Shown here piece by piece: positions 21,400 through 32,149 of a stretch of 64,000 bases of DNA; position 1 is the first letter of the stretch, and the number at the start of each line of letters is the position of its first letter. The stretch is from Ranitomeya imitator. Lineage: Eukaryota. The stretch is from NCBI RefSeq assembly GCF_032444005.1, contig NC_091284.1, positions 14,074,001 to 14,138,000 on the forward strand. The letters are read 5' to 3'. The notes beneath the pieces were generated by a model. The model worked only from the letters and a program-made list of their open reading frames with translations. It made no database searches and was not told the origin of the DNA. The position numbers and the translations under genes are program-made.

Positions 21400-22429
21400 G
21401 TTCCGCTAATTGCGCGGGAGGAGCCCCGTCCAGGATACCTCGCCGCAGATCCTTGGCCCATTTTGAGATGGATTTTGAGGCCCAAGTGGAAGCAAAGGCC
21501 GGGCATAGCGCTGCTGAAGCCGCTTCGAAGGCAGATTTTGCGAAGGATTCTATAACTCTGTCGTTAGAATCCTTCAGAGACGCTCCGCCGGACAGTGGGA
21601 GCACCGTGTTGGTGGACAGCCTGGACACAGGTGGATCCACCGAGGGAGAGACCGTCCAATTGGCGGTAAGATCTGGTGAAAAAGGATATAACACCCCCAG
21701 GCGTTTTCCCCTCTGAAAACGTCTGGTCGGATTCTCTCTCTCTCTGGCCAGGATTTCCTCGAATTCAGGATGAGGGGCAAAAAATCTTGAAGGTGGTTTG
21801 GCCCGTCTAAACGAAACCGCCTGATCTGCGGGTTCCGTAGAGGGATCCTTAATGCCACAGGTTTGGTTTATAGCCCGAATGAGGTTCTGGACCGACTCAC
21901 TCATGGTGGCGATTTGGCTAGGATCCAACTCCGACATCTCCTCTGAGGGCGCATCAGATAAAGCCTCGCCTGACTCAGGGGAGGAGGAACGGTGCGACAC
22001 CAACCGCGGGGGAGGACCGTGCGGCGAGATGGAACGCGAAGAGGACTCAGACCGACGTTCCTGTCTGGACCTTTTGTGGCTAATCAAGGAGGGCTCGGGC
22101 GGCGGTTCCTGCGACCCGCTGGCCACTGCAGGGGTCTGCAGGGGTAACCGATCCAGCGCGGACACCAGGGTTTGAGACACCCGTGTTAAATCGGCCACCG
22201 ATTGTGACAGAGAAGCGGCCCAGCCTGGGATGGGGGGATCACTCTCGGGCGGAACAGCCGGGGGATCCTGGGCGGTGGGAGCAATCGGGTTGCTGCAGGA
22301 CTGACACAGCGGGGAGGACTGACCTGAGGGAAGTTTGCTGTTACAGGACGAACATGCAAAGTACGTGACTAAGGTAGTAGATGAAGAAGAAGTAGGGGGG
22401 CGAGAGCGGCCCCCTTTAGAGGAAGACAT
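20933..22429 (-). CDS. DIRS ORF1 gag-like protein, 498 aa
   Basis: N-terminal CxxC...CxxC (CSSCNSKLPSGQSSPLCQSC); DIRS-gag-like VDPPVSRL, LKDSNDR, RRTVWLKAW...LPFQGSRLFG. Confidence 0.88.
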   Translation of the reverse strand: MSSSKGGRSRPPTSSSSTTLVTYFACSSCNSKLPSGQSSPLCQSCSNPIAPTAQDPPAVPPESDPPIPGWAASLSQSVADLTRVSQTLVSALDRLPLQTPAVASGSQEPPPEPSLISHKRSRQERRSESSSRSISPHGPPPRLVSHRSSSPESGEALSDAPSEEMSELDPSQIATMSESVQNLIRAINQTCGIKDPSTEPADQAVSFRRAKPPSRFFAPHPEFEEILARERENPTRRFQRGKRLGVLYPFSPDLTANWTVSPSVDPPVSRLSTNTVLPLSGGASLKDSNDRVIESFAKSAFEAASAALCPAFASTWASKSISKWAKDLRRGILDGAPPAQLAELANQISHAGEYLVSASLDVASCAAQASSNAVAIRRTVWLKAWQADLSSKKSLTSLPFQGSRLFGSQLDQIIKDATGGTSSLLPQAKPRRPPPRRQFRSFRPFRRFAASNSFSQQQQRPQARQEKKAVSFRPTPSWRPRYSQGRSSRPRTGRSTSA

Positions 22430-22864
22430 TTTGAGGGACCCTGAAGATGCCAGTTGGTTAGGGGACAGTGGGCAGAGGGGGGTGTCAGACTGCAGTGCAG
22501 CTACTTACGGACCCGGTCCTGGAAGATGTCCCACTTGTCCTTGGTGGAGAAAACCCCTGGTGCTGAGCTCACAGAAGATGCGGGCGACGGAGCGTGGCGC
22601 GCTGCGTGAGGCACTGCAAGGGCTGCTGCTGTGGTGTGAAGCGATGCTCACACCAGACGAGTGTCCCACAAGGAAGGGGGCGGAGCTAGTCGCAGAGGCG
22701 CCGGTGGGCAGGTCATAGTATGTCGGGCGGGAAAAAGCCCGCCCGCAGAAGCGGAAGTGACAGATCCGAAGACCGGAAGTAGGCCCCGGCCGAAGCCGGG
22801 GCCTAAATTAGGAACCGGCGGCCGGGAAACGAGCCGCGGCGCCGGGATAGAGCGCCGGAACTAT

Positions 22865-23160
22865 GCGCCGCGACGGGAGGCTGGCGGCACAGGCGCCGCA
22901 GCCTGCTAGGCTGCGCCGCTGAAGGGCGCCGCAGATCCACCTCCTGCGGCGCCGGAGCAGTGCGCCGCGACGAGAGGCTGGCGGCACAGGCGCCGCAGCC
23001 TGCTAGGCTGCGCCGCTGAAGGGCGCCGCAGATTCACCTCCTGCGGCGCCGGAGCAGTGCGCCGCGACGGGAGGCTGGCGGCACAGGCGCCGCAGCCTGC
23101 TAGGCTGCGCCGCTGAAGGGCGCCGCAGATCCACCTCCTGCGGCGCCGGAGCAATGCGCT
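22865..23160. repeat. 3 x 97-bp GC-rich tandem repeat in the DIRS 5' leader
   Basis: Units start at 22865, 22962 and 23059; each carries inverted repeats. Confidence 0.9.
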
Positions 23161-24109
23161 GCAGCGATAAGCAGCGCGATAGACTGCAGGGCTGCTGCGC
23201 TGAGGACTGTGCCTGGTCACGGGTGAGAGCGCTGCGGCCAGAAAAGGGCCCCGCGCTGGAGCAGAAGGCCCTTGCAGAATGGGGAAAATGCTGGATCCGA
23301 TAAAATATCGACCGCGCCGCAAGGATACAGGCGATGACCGGGTAAGAGAGGGTCACCGTCTGGGAGCCCTTAACAAGAATCCCCCCCCTAACAAGGATCT
23401 GGGATGGGATAGGGGAAATACTCACCTAAAACACATCCCACGCCGTACTAACCTTAAAAGAGGGTGAGACATCTAGGGCTGATGGACGTCCTCGTCTCCT
23501 CCAACCGACAGGCTCTGGTGGGCGAGTGGGTGGGGGACGGAGCCAGGACCGGACTTCTGAGCACGCTGGTGTGCTAGGATCTTGGTCCTGGAGAGGGATC
23601 TATGAGGATACGGGATGGCAGTACACACCGTACTCATAGTCCGCATTGTGGGACTACAGGTGTGACTGTTCACCCTGTATCCCTCCGAGGAAAACTGAAA
23701 GAAAACGACGCACATTGAGGTAGATAAGGGTCTAATGAAAGACCCGTGTCCACCTCCTACTGACACTAAGCTAAACTGAAGAGTATAATGCCAGTCGGTG
23801 GGGTGTACACTGCAGAGGAGGAGCTAATTTTTTTTTATTTGCATAGTGTCAGCCTCCTAGTGGCAGCAGCATACACCCATGGTTCCTGTGTCCCCCAATG
23901 AGAGGCGATAAAGAAACTTATTTTCCACCATAATATGCAAATAAAATGTTAAAAAAACAGACAATGTGATTTTCTGGATTTTTTTTTCTCAGTTTGTCTC
24001 CCATAGTTGAGGTCTACCTATGATGTAAATTACAGACGCCTCTCATCTTTTTAAGTGGTGGAACTTGCACTATTGCTGACTGACTAAATACTTTTTTGCC
24101 CCACTGTAT

Positions 24110-24325
24110 ATAAGATGTGGGTTCCCTATGTGAGGAACAATGGGGTGCCGGATCTAATTCCTACATTATCCTTGTCCGCATCACAAAGGCTGTCCCAAAT
24201 CTTTCTTATTCACAGATTACATAAGACCCCACGTATCCCATTTAAAATTGGCATAAGAGTTGACATGTGTACAAGATGTGGGAAAAATGATGCTCACTTA
24301 ATGCCCATGATGTGGGAGTGTGTGA
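24110..24325 (+). pseudogene. Degraded L1-like ORF2 C-terminal fragment
   Basis: LSASQRLSQIFLIHRLHKTP...CTRCGKNDAHLMPMMWEC resembles the C-terminus of the 26.3-kb L1 ORF. Confidence 0.65.
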
Positions 24326-24339
24326 ACAATGGGAACTAC

Positions 24340-24377
24340 GTCCCCTGAAGAAGCTGAGGGGAAACGCGCGTTGGGGT
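24340..24377 (+). ncRNA. Type I hammerhead ribozyme motif (degenerate stem II) at the start of a Penelope-like remnant (to ~24790)
   Basis: GTCCC-CTGAAGA-agctgaggg-GAAAC-GCGC-GTT-GGGGT; AATAAA plus T-run at ~24750. Confidence 0.55.
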
Positions 24378-25218
24378 CTGTCACCTCCCAGTATCAGGTA
24401 AATTCTGGACCTTGCCCTGTACTCTGCTCCCCCTTAGGACCTTTATATTCCTCAGTTATTAGGAGAGGGTGTATCTGTCCTTGGACTCCATGCTTTTTGC
24501 TATGAGGAGGTGTGCTGCCACATTCTGGGAACTCTCCCAACTTGACAGAGAATGTATTACTATTCCCCATGTGATGCCCGTCTATGCGAGTTCTTCCGAG
24601 ACTGAACGTCTGCTCTTACGCACGTAGCACTTTATTATTGCCCCTTACAATGGTCGTGTAATTTATCTGCCACCACATATCAATTATGGGTCTATAACTA
24701 CTGATTACCTTGGTGCTGTGTGACACTTCTAGTTTATCTTGTACACTGTCTAATAAAGTACAATTTTTTTTACTTTTACGTGTCTGTTGCTTCCCATCTT
24801 ATAGGATAATTATTGGAGGTGGTCGTACAGATGACCATTGGGCAGCCTATTTAAGGGGGAAGTTGACTTGATAAAATCTGTGCTCGGAGTCCACGCACCG
24901 CTGGGACCCAGAATCTGGTCCTTGGTCCGGGGGAGGGGCGCTGGATTCGGACTCCCCTATAGCGCGACACTGCATATAAAAATCCCCCAACAATAGAAGA
25001 ATTGAAATCCAAACTAAAATGTCTTATGTATGAAAAGGAAAACACATTAAAAAGAAACATCCTCATAACAATGTATAAAGATATGGGAACAATAGGGAAC
25101 TACGGCGGGGATTGCATGGGAAAGCCGGAGACACCGTGACCGACGTCTGTACATCTCCGGCATGGACCTGTGAAATCTCAGGTCCCCAAGTCACAGACCC
25201 AAAGTGAGTGCTTCCCAA

Positions 25219-25550
25219 GGCTGGGTTCACATTGCTTCCTGGCAGTCTGTTAGATGGACTACGTTACATCGCGGCATAAACGCGGTGTAACGTAGTCCGT
25301 TAAGGCCGCCATTGACTGCAATGTCGGACACATCGCTAGCACACGCCCACAATGGGCATGCGCTAGGGATGTGCCGTCATTGAGTGACGGACCTGGAGAC
25401 GCGGGCTGCAGCGTTTCCGGGTCCATCACTGCTAGTGCAGATAGAGCTAGAGGATGCGCTAGCGCGATGCAAACGTTGGCACTTGCGTTAACAGCAGCCT
25501 GTTAGCGTATGTGCTGAACAGGCTGCTGCTAACGCAGTGTGAACCCGGCC
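25219..25550. mobile_element. MITE, probably PIF/Harbinger-type
   Basis: TIR GGCTGGGTTCACA/TGTGAACCCGGCC with CAA/TAA flanks; related copy at 32150-32445. Confidence 0.7.
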
Positions 25551-26087
25551 TAAGGGTCCTCGATAACTACACGCAAACGCCTCCATTCTCTACTTCTTGG
25601 CGCAATACGCGAGCCATCCGACGGTAATCCTTCACATCTGTGTTCATGGAGGAAAACTGGAGGACGCCAAGGAGAAAACAACATGATAGATCATAGGAAC
25701 AGGCTTTATTTGGTTCCTAAGGATTTAGGTGCGTGCTTTTTTTTTTTTTTTTTTATTTAGTTTTGTTTCTAAAAACAAAATTAAAATGTGAATGTAATAT
25801 TTTTCACAATAAAAAAAGTTTAAAAAAATGATCCGACTTAAAAAAAAAAAAAAAAAAAAAACACACAGGAAAATGGAAAGCAAGAAGAAAGTAATCAGAA
25901 AACAGGAGAAGAAGAAAGTCTCCAGACCGGTCAGTCCAAGACTACACTAATAATGAGACCAAAGCTCCAACCTCAACCAGGAAAGATGGACCCCAATGTA
26001 TGAGTGATATCAGCCCCTCTTATAACGCTCCAGTACTGATATAACCCCCAGACATTACACCGTATGTCCGCTGGTTTACTTCAGGTC

Positions 26088-28234
26088 ACTGGCCCTTTTT
26101 TTTAATCAGATAAATTTTTATTGATCATAATAAATGTTATCTACTTATACAACAAGGTGCATTTGTGTTTTTTATTTTAACAAGAAAATATACCCCTTCT
26201 CCCCCCTCCCTCCCTCAGATAACCAACCCCAACTTCCCCCCCTCCTCCCCAAGAAGATCTTCTTTATTACATATTGCATTATTAACATTGTTTTCCACAA
26301 CCTCTTAATCATTCCCATTTAGCCATGGCTGCCATAGCTTTTGAAAAAACCCCATCCTATTCCTCTTGGTATAGATGCTTTTTTCGAGCTGGACAATATG
26401 ATTCACTTGTGCAACAAACTCTCGTCTGGTTGGAGGTTCCTCCCTAATCCAGTATCTCACAATCACTTTCCTTGCAACGAAGAGCAATCTAGCTATTGCC
26501 ATTTTGGCAGTTTCATCGGCCGACAACTCCTCCACATACCCAAGTATACAAACCACTGGATCCCTGGGAACCGCACATCCATAAAGCACCCCAATTTGGT
26601 TCAACACTGCTACCCAATACGAAAAGAGCCTGGGGCACCCCCACAACATGTGCAGCATACCCGCCTCAGTCTGAGTGCACCTAGGGCACTCAGAATCCAA
26701 TCTCACTCCGGCTTTGAACAACAAGTCAGGTGTCCTATAGACCCTATTAACCACATACAGTTGCGACAGTCTCCCAGGCTCACTCATTGACAATTTAGGA
26801 ATGTATTCCAGAATAGACCCCCATTTGTCATCGTCTATTTCCCCCAGTTCGGCCTCCCATTTCTCTCTAGCTTTAATCGGGTAATCCTCCAAAAATGTGT
26901 GTAGTAAATCCCCATATACTTCCGATATAGCCCCCTTTGTTCCATTATTATTTAGTATACAGTCTAACATGAGATCCTTCTGAATCACTATGGGCCCCCT
27001 CTTCCTCTGTGCCTGAAAAGCGTGCTGAACTCTCCTATATTGATACCATTTCAACCCCGGGAACTGAAATTCCTGCTGGAGGGCATCATAAGACCTAAGA
27101 CTCCCATTGGGAATCAGTTGTCCTAATAGCCTAATACCCTTTTCCCTCCATTCTCCCATTCCTTCCATATGGTTAAATTCTTGAAGAGATGAGTTATCCC
27201 AGATAGGTGAAAATTCCGTGAATCCCCCAATTCCCTTCAGCATCTGCCATACTCTATGAATTAAATTCATGGTGGGACAACCAGTCCCCAATTTCCTAAA
27301 TAGTCCTGATTCCAGACCCAAACTCAAGGGCCACACCCCGCTGATATGCACCAGACTACTGTGACCCATTTCTTCCTCTAACCCTTTCCCCCATCCCCTA
27401 AGATGTTGGCTCTGTGCAGCCAGAAAGTATAACCATGGGTTGGGTAACGCAAGCCCCCCCTCATCTTTGGGTCTCTGCAAAGTCTCCTGCCTAATCCTCG
27501 GGCTCTTCTTTCCCCACACCAACTCTCCGAATAACGATCTCAGCTTACGGAATGTTCTCATCGGGATCCATACCGGAGAATTATGTAGGACATACAAGAT
27601 CTGAGGCATCACCACCATCTTAAGGAGATTTACTCTTCCTACCACTGACAAATTTAGCTTACTCCAAGCTGAGATCTTAGTGCGTATCTTAGTTACTAAA
27701 GGCTCGAGATTAAGTTCCTCAAATCTAGTTAAGGGAAGAGTTACTTGAATCCCCAAATATTTAAACTGAGTGACCACCCTTAATTTTGTATCTTCTTCCA
27801 CCTCCCTTGTACAATCCACTTCTCTATCTATCTGCATAACGCTCGATTTGTCCCAATTAATAACTAGCCCTGAAATTTGCCCAAATCTCTCGATTAATGC
27901 TATTACGTTCCTCAATGGTTCCCCAGAGCTCTCAAGAAAAAGCAGTATGTCATCTGCATATAAGGCGATTTTTTCCTCCATCTTCCCATATAAAAACCCT
28001 TTCACCATTTGAGACCTTCTGATAGTCGCTGCCAGTGGTTCCACCGCCAAAGCAAATAGCAGCGGGGACAACGGGCACCCCTGCCTTGTACCTCTAAAAA
28101 GCTGAAAGCTGTCTGACATCATATTGTTCACCTTGATTTTGGCCACCGGAGAGGAGTATAGGAGTCTCACCCATGACATAAAGACTGGCCCAAACCCACA
28201 ACGACTCAGCACCGACCACAGGTACTGGCCCTTT
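26088..28234 (-). mobile_element. 5'-truncated L1-clade LINE with 11-bp TSD
   Basis: TSD AAAGGGCCAGT (26088-26098 and 28224-28234); AATAAA and short poly(A) at the 3' end. Open ORF2 fragment 26305-28223 with QGCPLSP, YADD, FKYLG and CPRC...HMLWGC. Confidence 0.95.
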
Positions 28235-28263
28235 AATAGGGTGTGATCCGGGGCCGCACTCAC

Positions 28264-28436
28264 CCCAGCTCTTTGAACACTTTAGGAATTTCCTCCTCAA
28301 ACTTGGAATCAGGGAGTTCGTAGTTTGGGCAGATGAAGCTGTAGATGAAAGCGAAGATTTTGAGGAAATCCTTGGTGGAGGGGCCTTGTAAGGACTTCAC
28401 CGTGAGGGTCTGCGAGTAGCCGTTCTCATTGAGAAA
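28264..28436 (-). CDS. NDC80: NDC80 exon 5
   Basis: FLNENGYSQTLTVKSLQGPSTKDFLKIFAFIYSFICPNYELPDSKFEEEIPKVFKEL; 173 nt. Confidence 0.97.
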
Positions 28437-28575
28437 CTGCAAAACACAACAAGAAAGGAGACGGGTGAGACGGAGGGGAGGAGACCCCACAGAGCGCCCA
28501 GCGAGACCCCCCCAACATCCGTCAGGGAACCAACATGGGAAATCACACAGATCCCACTGCTGCCTCCGACCGCCA

Positions 28576-28914
28576 GGCTCTGTGCACACGCTGCGGATTT
28601 GGCCCTGCGGATCCGCCGCAGTTTTCCATGCGTTGTACAGCACCATGTAAACCTATGGAAAACCAAATCCGCAGTGCCCATGGTGCGGAAAATACAGTGT
28701 GGAAACGCTGCGCTGTTTTAGCGGCATGGCAATGCTTTGTGCGGATTCCGCAGCGGTTCACACCTGCTCCTCAATAGGAATCCGCAGGTGTAAAACCGCA
28801 GCTGGAATACACAAACAAAAAAAACCCGCTGGAAATCCGCAGTGCGTTTTACATGCGGATTTTGCAAAAACTGTGCGAAAAATCCGCGCACAAATCCGCA
28901 CCGTGGGCACAGCC
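28576..28914. mobile_element. MITE (Harbinger-like)
   Basis: Imperfect TIR GGCT(CT)GTGCACACG/CGTGGGCACAGCC; CCA/TCA flanks; internal GCGGATT palindromic repeats. Confidence 0.65.
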
Positions 28915-29686
28915 TCAGGACAATCGCGCCATTGCCTGATGAGTGATGGACGCGGCTGCTTCCACTACTAGGCCGGGTACTGGGGAAGTCACAGGGAGCG
29001 TACGGTATATACACCTCCAATTCCAACACATGGAATATAAAAGATAAATTATACACACTAACAAGAGAATCACTATCTAGAGTTTTTTATACCGTGATTG
29101 GATTCCGGTTACAGGCAGCGAATGGCTTCAGGGTGCGGTTTACACGACCGCGCATTATGTACACCGCCATGTGTCAGGCAGGGAGCGGAGCACTCAGCAC
29201 GGCCGATCCCTCCGTGTCACAGCCTGACTATACACGGCTCCGTCGCCCTCTGCTGCCTCCAGTCCACCAATAGCAATAAATGTCATAAACTCTAGATTGT
29301 GAGCCCCAATGGGGACAGAGCCAATAGTGTACGTAAACCGCTGTGGAATTAATGGCGCTATATAAGTGAGTAATATAAATAAAATGTCGCATACTGGATT
29401 TGGATTTGCCTTTGTCCATATTACTTCACATGTAGATGCATAATGTAACACAGGAGGAAACTGTCAGCAGGTTGGGCCCCTTTACATTAGTTTTTACAGA
29501 GGCTCAGCGAAGGGCAAGGAAAAAGCCCAACCTTCCCCTTATGAGCCAGTAATAATTGTGTGTGCGCCACCTGATTGGGGGGACCCATTATACACAGGAT
29601 CGCATAGGGGCGGCTTTTTAGGTCAGACTCTCCACATGGCCGGCAGCGTGATCTGATGCGATATAACTCAGGCCGAAGACACTCAC

Positions 29687-29804
29687 CTCGCACAGCTGTC
29701 GGATGCACTGCTGGATGAAGGACTTATCGTGTAGAGGTCGGGGGTCCTTAATCTTCTCAGGGGCACCAAAAACCCCATACTGACTGTTCCTGTTATTACT
29801 GCTC
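29687..29804 (-). CDS. NDC80: NDC80 exon 4
   Basis: [39 protein letters not shown]; 118 nt. Confidence 0.97.
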
Positions 29805-29859
29805 CTAGAGGAGAAATGTACGGTACACATCGTTACCACAGGTCACTGAAAACACGGCC

Positions 29860-30097
29860 AGGGACCTCACCCCCAACGGCCCGCCGGGGGACCTCACCCC
29901 CAACGGCCCGCCGGGGGACCTCACCCCCAACGGCCCGCCGGGGGACCTCACCCCCAACGGCCCGCCGGGGGACCTCACCCCCAACGGCCCGCCGGGGGAC
30001 CTCACCCCCAACGGCCCGCCGGGGGACCTCACCCCCAACGGCCTGCCAGGAGTGACTACACACCCAATGGCCCGCCGGGGGACCTCACCCCCAATGG
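29860..30097. repeat. 27-bp minisatellite, about 9 copies, NDC80 intron 3
   Basis: Unit CCGGGGGACCTCACCCCCAACGGCCCG. Confidence 0.95.
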
Positions 30098-30133
30098 CCG
30101 GCTGAGCTCAGTTACCCTATAATGACGTTTTAC

Positions 30134-30214
30134 CTTCTCCCGAAGAAGCTGGTCTTGCGGTCGGAGGCTCCGGAGAGCGGTTTGCTCATACTCAATTTTC
30201 CCAGTCGCTCCTTC
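30134..30214 (-). CDS. NDC80: NDC80 exon 3
   Basis: KERLGKLSMSKPLSGASDRKTSFFGR; 81 nt. Confidence 0.93.
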
Positions 30215-30575
30215 CTACAAGTGAAAGACAAAAATCAGCAAAGAAAAGATTAAAAACGCACACGGTTCCTGAACAGTACAGGGGATCAGGCTTGTCAGAA
30301 CACGTCTCCACCGCTGCCTCTAATCTTCAGGATAATTACACCATTGACTGACGAGGCCGTTTCCACTACTAGGCCGGTTATTGGGGATCGCACAGTGAGC
30401 GTATGGTATATACACCTCCGATTCCAACATATGGAATATATACAAAAACACACACCCTGGTACAGTCACTGCTAAATCCACAATAACAGGATCCACAGGA
30501 ACTAGTAGCTGTCACCACCAATCTTCAGGGGCGCGGTTTACAGAGCAAAAGGAAAAAAGCTATTAAATATTATGG

Positions 30576-31964
30576 AGTGGCATGCCAAAGTATTCACCCC
30601 CCTTGGCATTTTTTGTGATTTGCTACCTCACAACCTGGAATTTCAGGGGTTGTTTTTTTTTATTTTTTAAAGAGTTTGCATTAATTCATGTAGAGAAGAT
30701 GCCGACAACTGTGAATATTTGGTTCTCTTTTTATTGTGAAGTACTCTGCCATAAAGGCCACCTCTATGTGATCATTGTGGTCGTAGGGACAGATGCTCCA
30801 GCGTCTGCTTGGGAACTCTGCTGCTCCTTCAGGGTCATCTTTGGTCTTTGTGCTGACTCTATGATTATCATAGGGAGATTATCAGAGACTGGGATATTAT
30901 TTATAAACCAAAACAAATCAGGGACAAAGTTGTCGAGGTCTCCCTGGTCTGCGTGGTGAAGTTTGGAGGGCTCCCTGGTCTGCGTGGTGAAGTTTGGAGG
31001 GCTCCCTGGTCTGCGTGGTGAAGTTTGGAGGTCTCCCCAGTCTTCGAGGTGGAGTTTGGAGGTCTCCCTGGTCACGTTTGGAGATCTCCTTGGTCATCAT
31101 GGTGGTGTTTGGTTTGTGGTGCCTCTTGTTAATGGTGTTTCAGCCTCTGTAACCTTACAGGAAGATACGGTATATACAGACGTGTGACACTTAGACTGAG
31201 GTTTTGTCACCAAGCATGGGACTTATGAAGGGAATTGTTTGCACATGGCATTTTTAGGGGATTCATCGCAAAAGGGGTGAATACATATGTACATAAGTAC
31301 AAGTTGTTTTATCCCATAAGTTTAATTTAAGCCTTCTATTTTTCTTACTTCACCAACTTGGACTACTTAGTGCTACTTTCACACATCAGGTTTTTGCAGT
31401 CAGGCTCAATCCGGTGAATTTTGAAAAAAAAACAGAACAAAAACAAAAACAAAAGAAAAACGGATCCGTCCAAGAGAGACCAAGAATGGAAAACGCATGC
31501 TTAGTTTAAAAAACAAACAAAAAAAAAAACAAAAAACACGGAATAAGTCGCCGGATTTCATCATTTGACAGATCCAGCGCAATAGGATTCCATTATAGCA
31601 AATGACGGACGGTGTTTTCCTGACGGACACAAAAAAGTTCCTGTATCCATTTTCTCTGGACGCCGGAAAATGATTTTTTTGACAGATCCGGCAAAAAACG
31701 GATGAAACGTGATACCATCCATCGCTAGAACAAGTCTATGAGACAAAAAAAAAAAAACGGCTCCGGCGGCAACTTTTGCTGTTTTCTCAAAACTCAAAAC
31801 CGACGACAAAAAAAAAAAATGGTGTGTGAAAGGGGCCTTAGTGATGACGTATCACACACAAATCTGATTACCAAAATATTTATTAATCAGGCTGTAGTGT
31901 AACAGAGTAGGTAAAAAAAAAAAATTGCGGAAGGTCGGGGGGAATACTTTTGCAAGTCACTTTA
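30576..31964. mobile_element. Degraded non-autonomous Tc1-like element
   Basis: Ends resemble Tc1 TIRs: GTGGCATGCCAAAGTATTCACCCCC and GGGGGGAATACTTTTGCAAGTCAC; no ORF. Confidence 0.45.
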
Positions 31965-32149
31965 TTTAATCCAGAAAAGTAGGCAGTGTTTATAAAAATA
32001 TACAAGAAGGAACAAAAACGGGAACAAACAATATAATCTGTACAATCACAAAGGGGAGAAATGTACTAAACCGGATGTCGCAGGGTTGGGGAGCGGTAAC
32101 AGTAGTGAACGGCAGCACCGGGCCCCAGGACAGGCACTGATCAGAGTAA

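Larger units (their letters stand above)
17566..23915 (-). mobile_element. DIRS1-type tyrosine-recombinase retrotransposon, full length (6350 bp)
   Basis: Inverted terminal repeats (17614-17739 vs 23774-23900); internal complementary region 17860-17960; gag, RT/RNaseH/MT and YR ORFs; no target-site duplication. Confidence 0.96.
16154..24106 (+). mobile_element. Tc1 transposon copy B (about 1.6 kb without insert), interrupted in its 3' TIR by DIRS1
   Basis: Ends CAGTGGGGCAAAAAAG...CTTTTTTGCCCCACTG|TA. The 3' TIR is split: ...CTGACCAAAT [insert] ACTTATTTTCC... Confidence 0.95.

Noticed and set aside
26305-28263. In-frame NDC80-L1 fusion
   Set aside because: The ORF-track start is the GTG of the splice donor; the NDC80 frame stops (GGG TGA) immediately on read-through.
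28915-30545. Hammerhead interpretation of the duplicated intronic element
   Set aside because: CTGAAGA and GAAAC..GTC occur, but ~170 nt apart with no stem I adjacent to the cleavage site; CTGATGA/CTGACGA are on the opposite strand from GAAAC.
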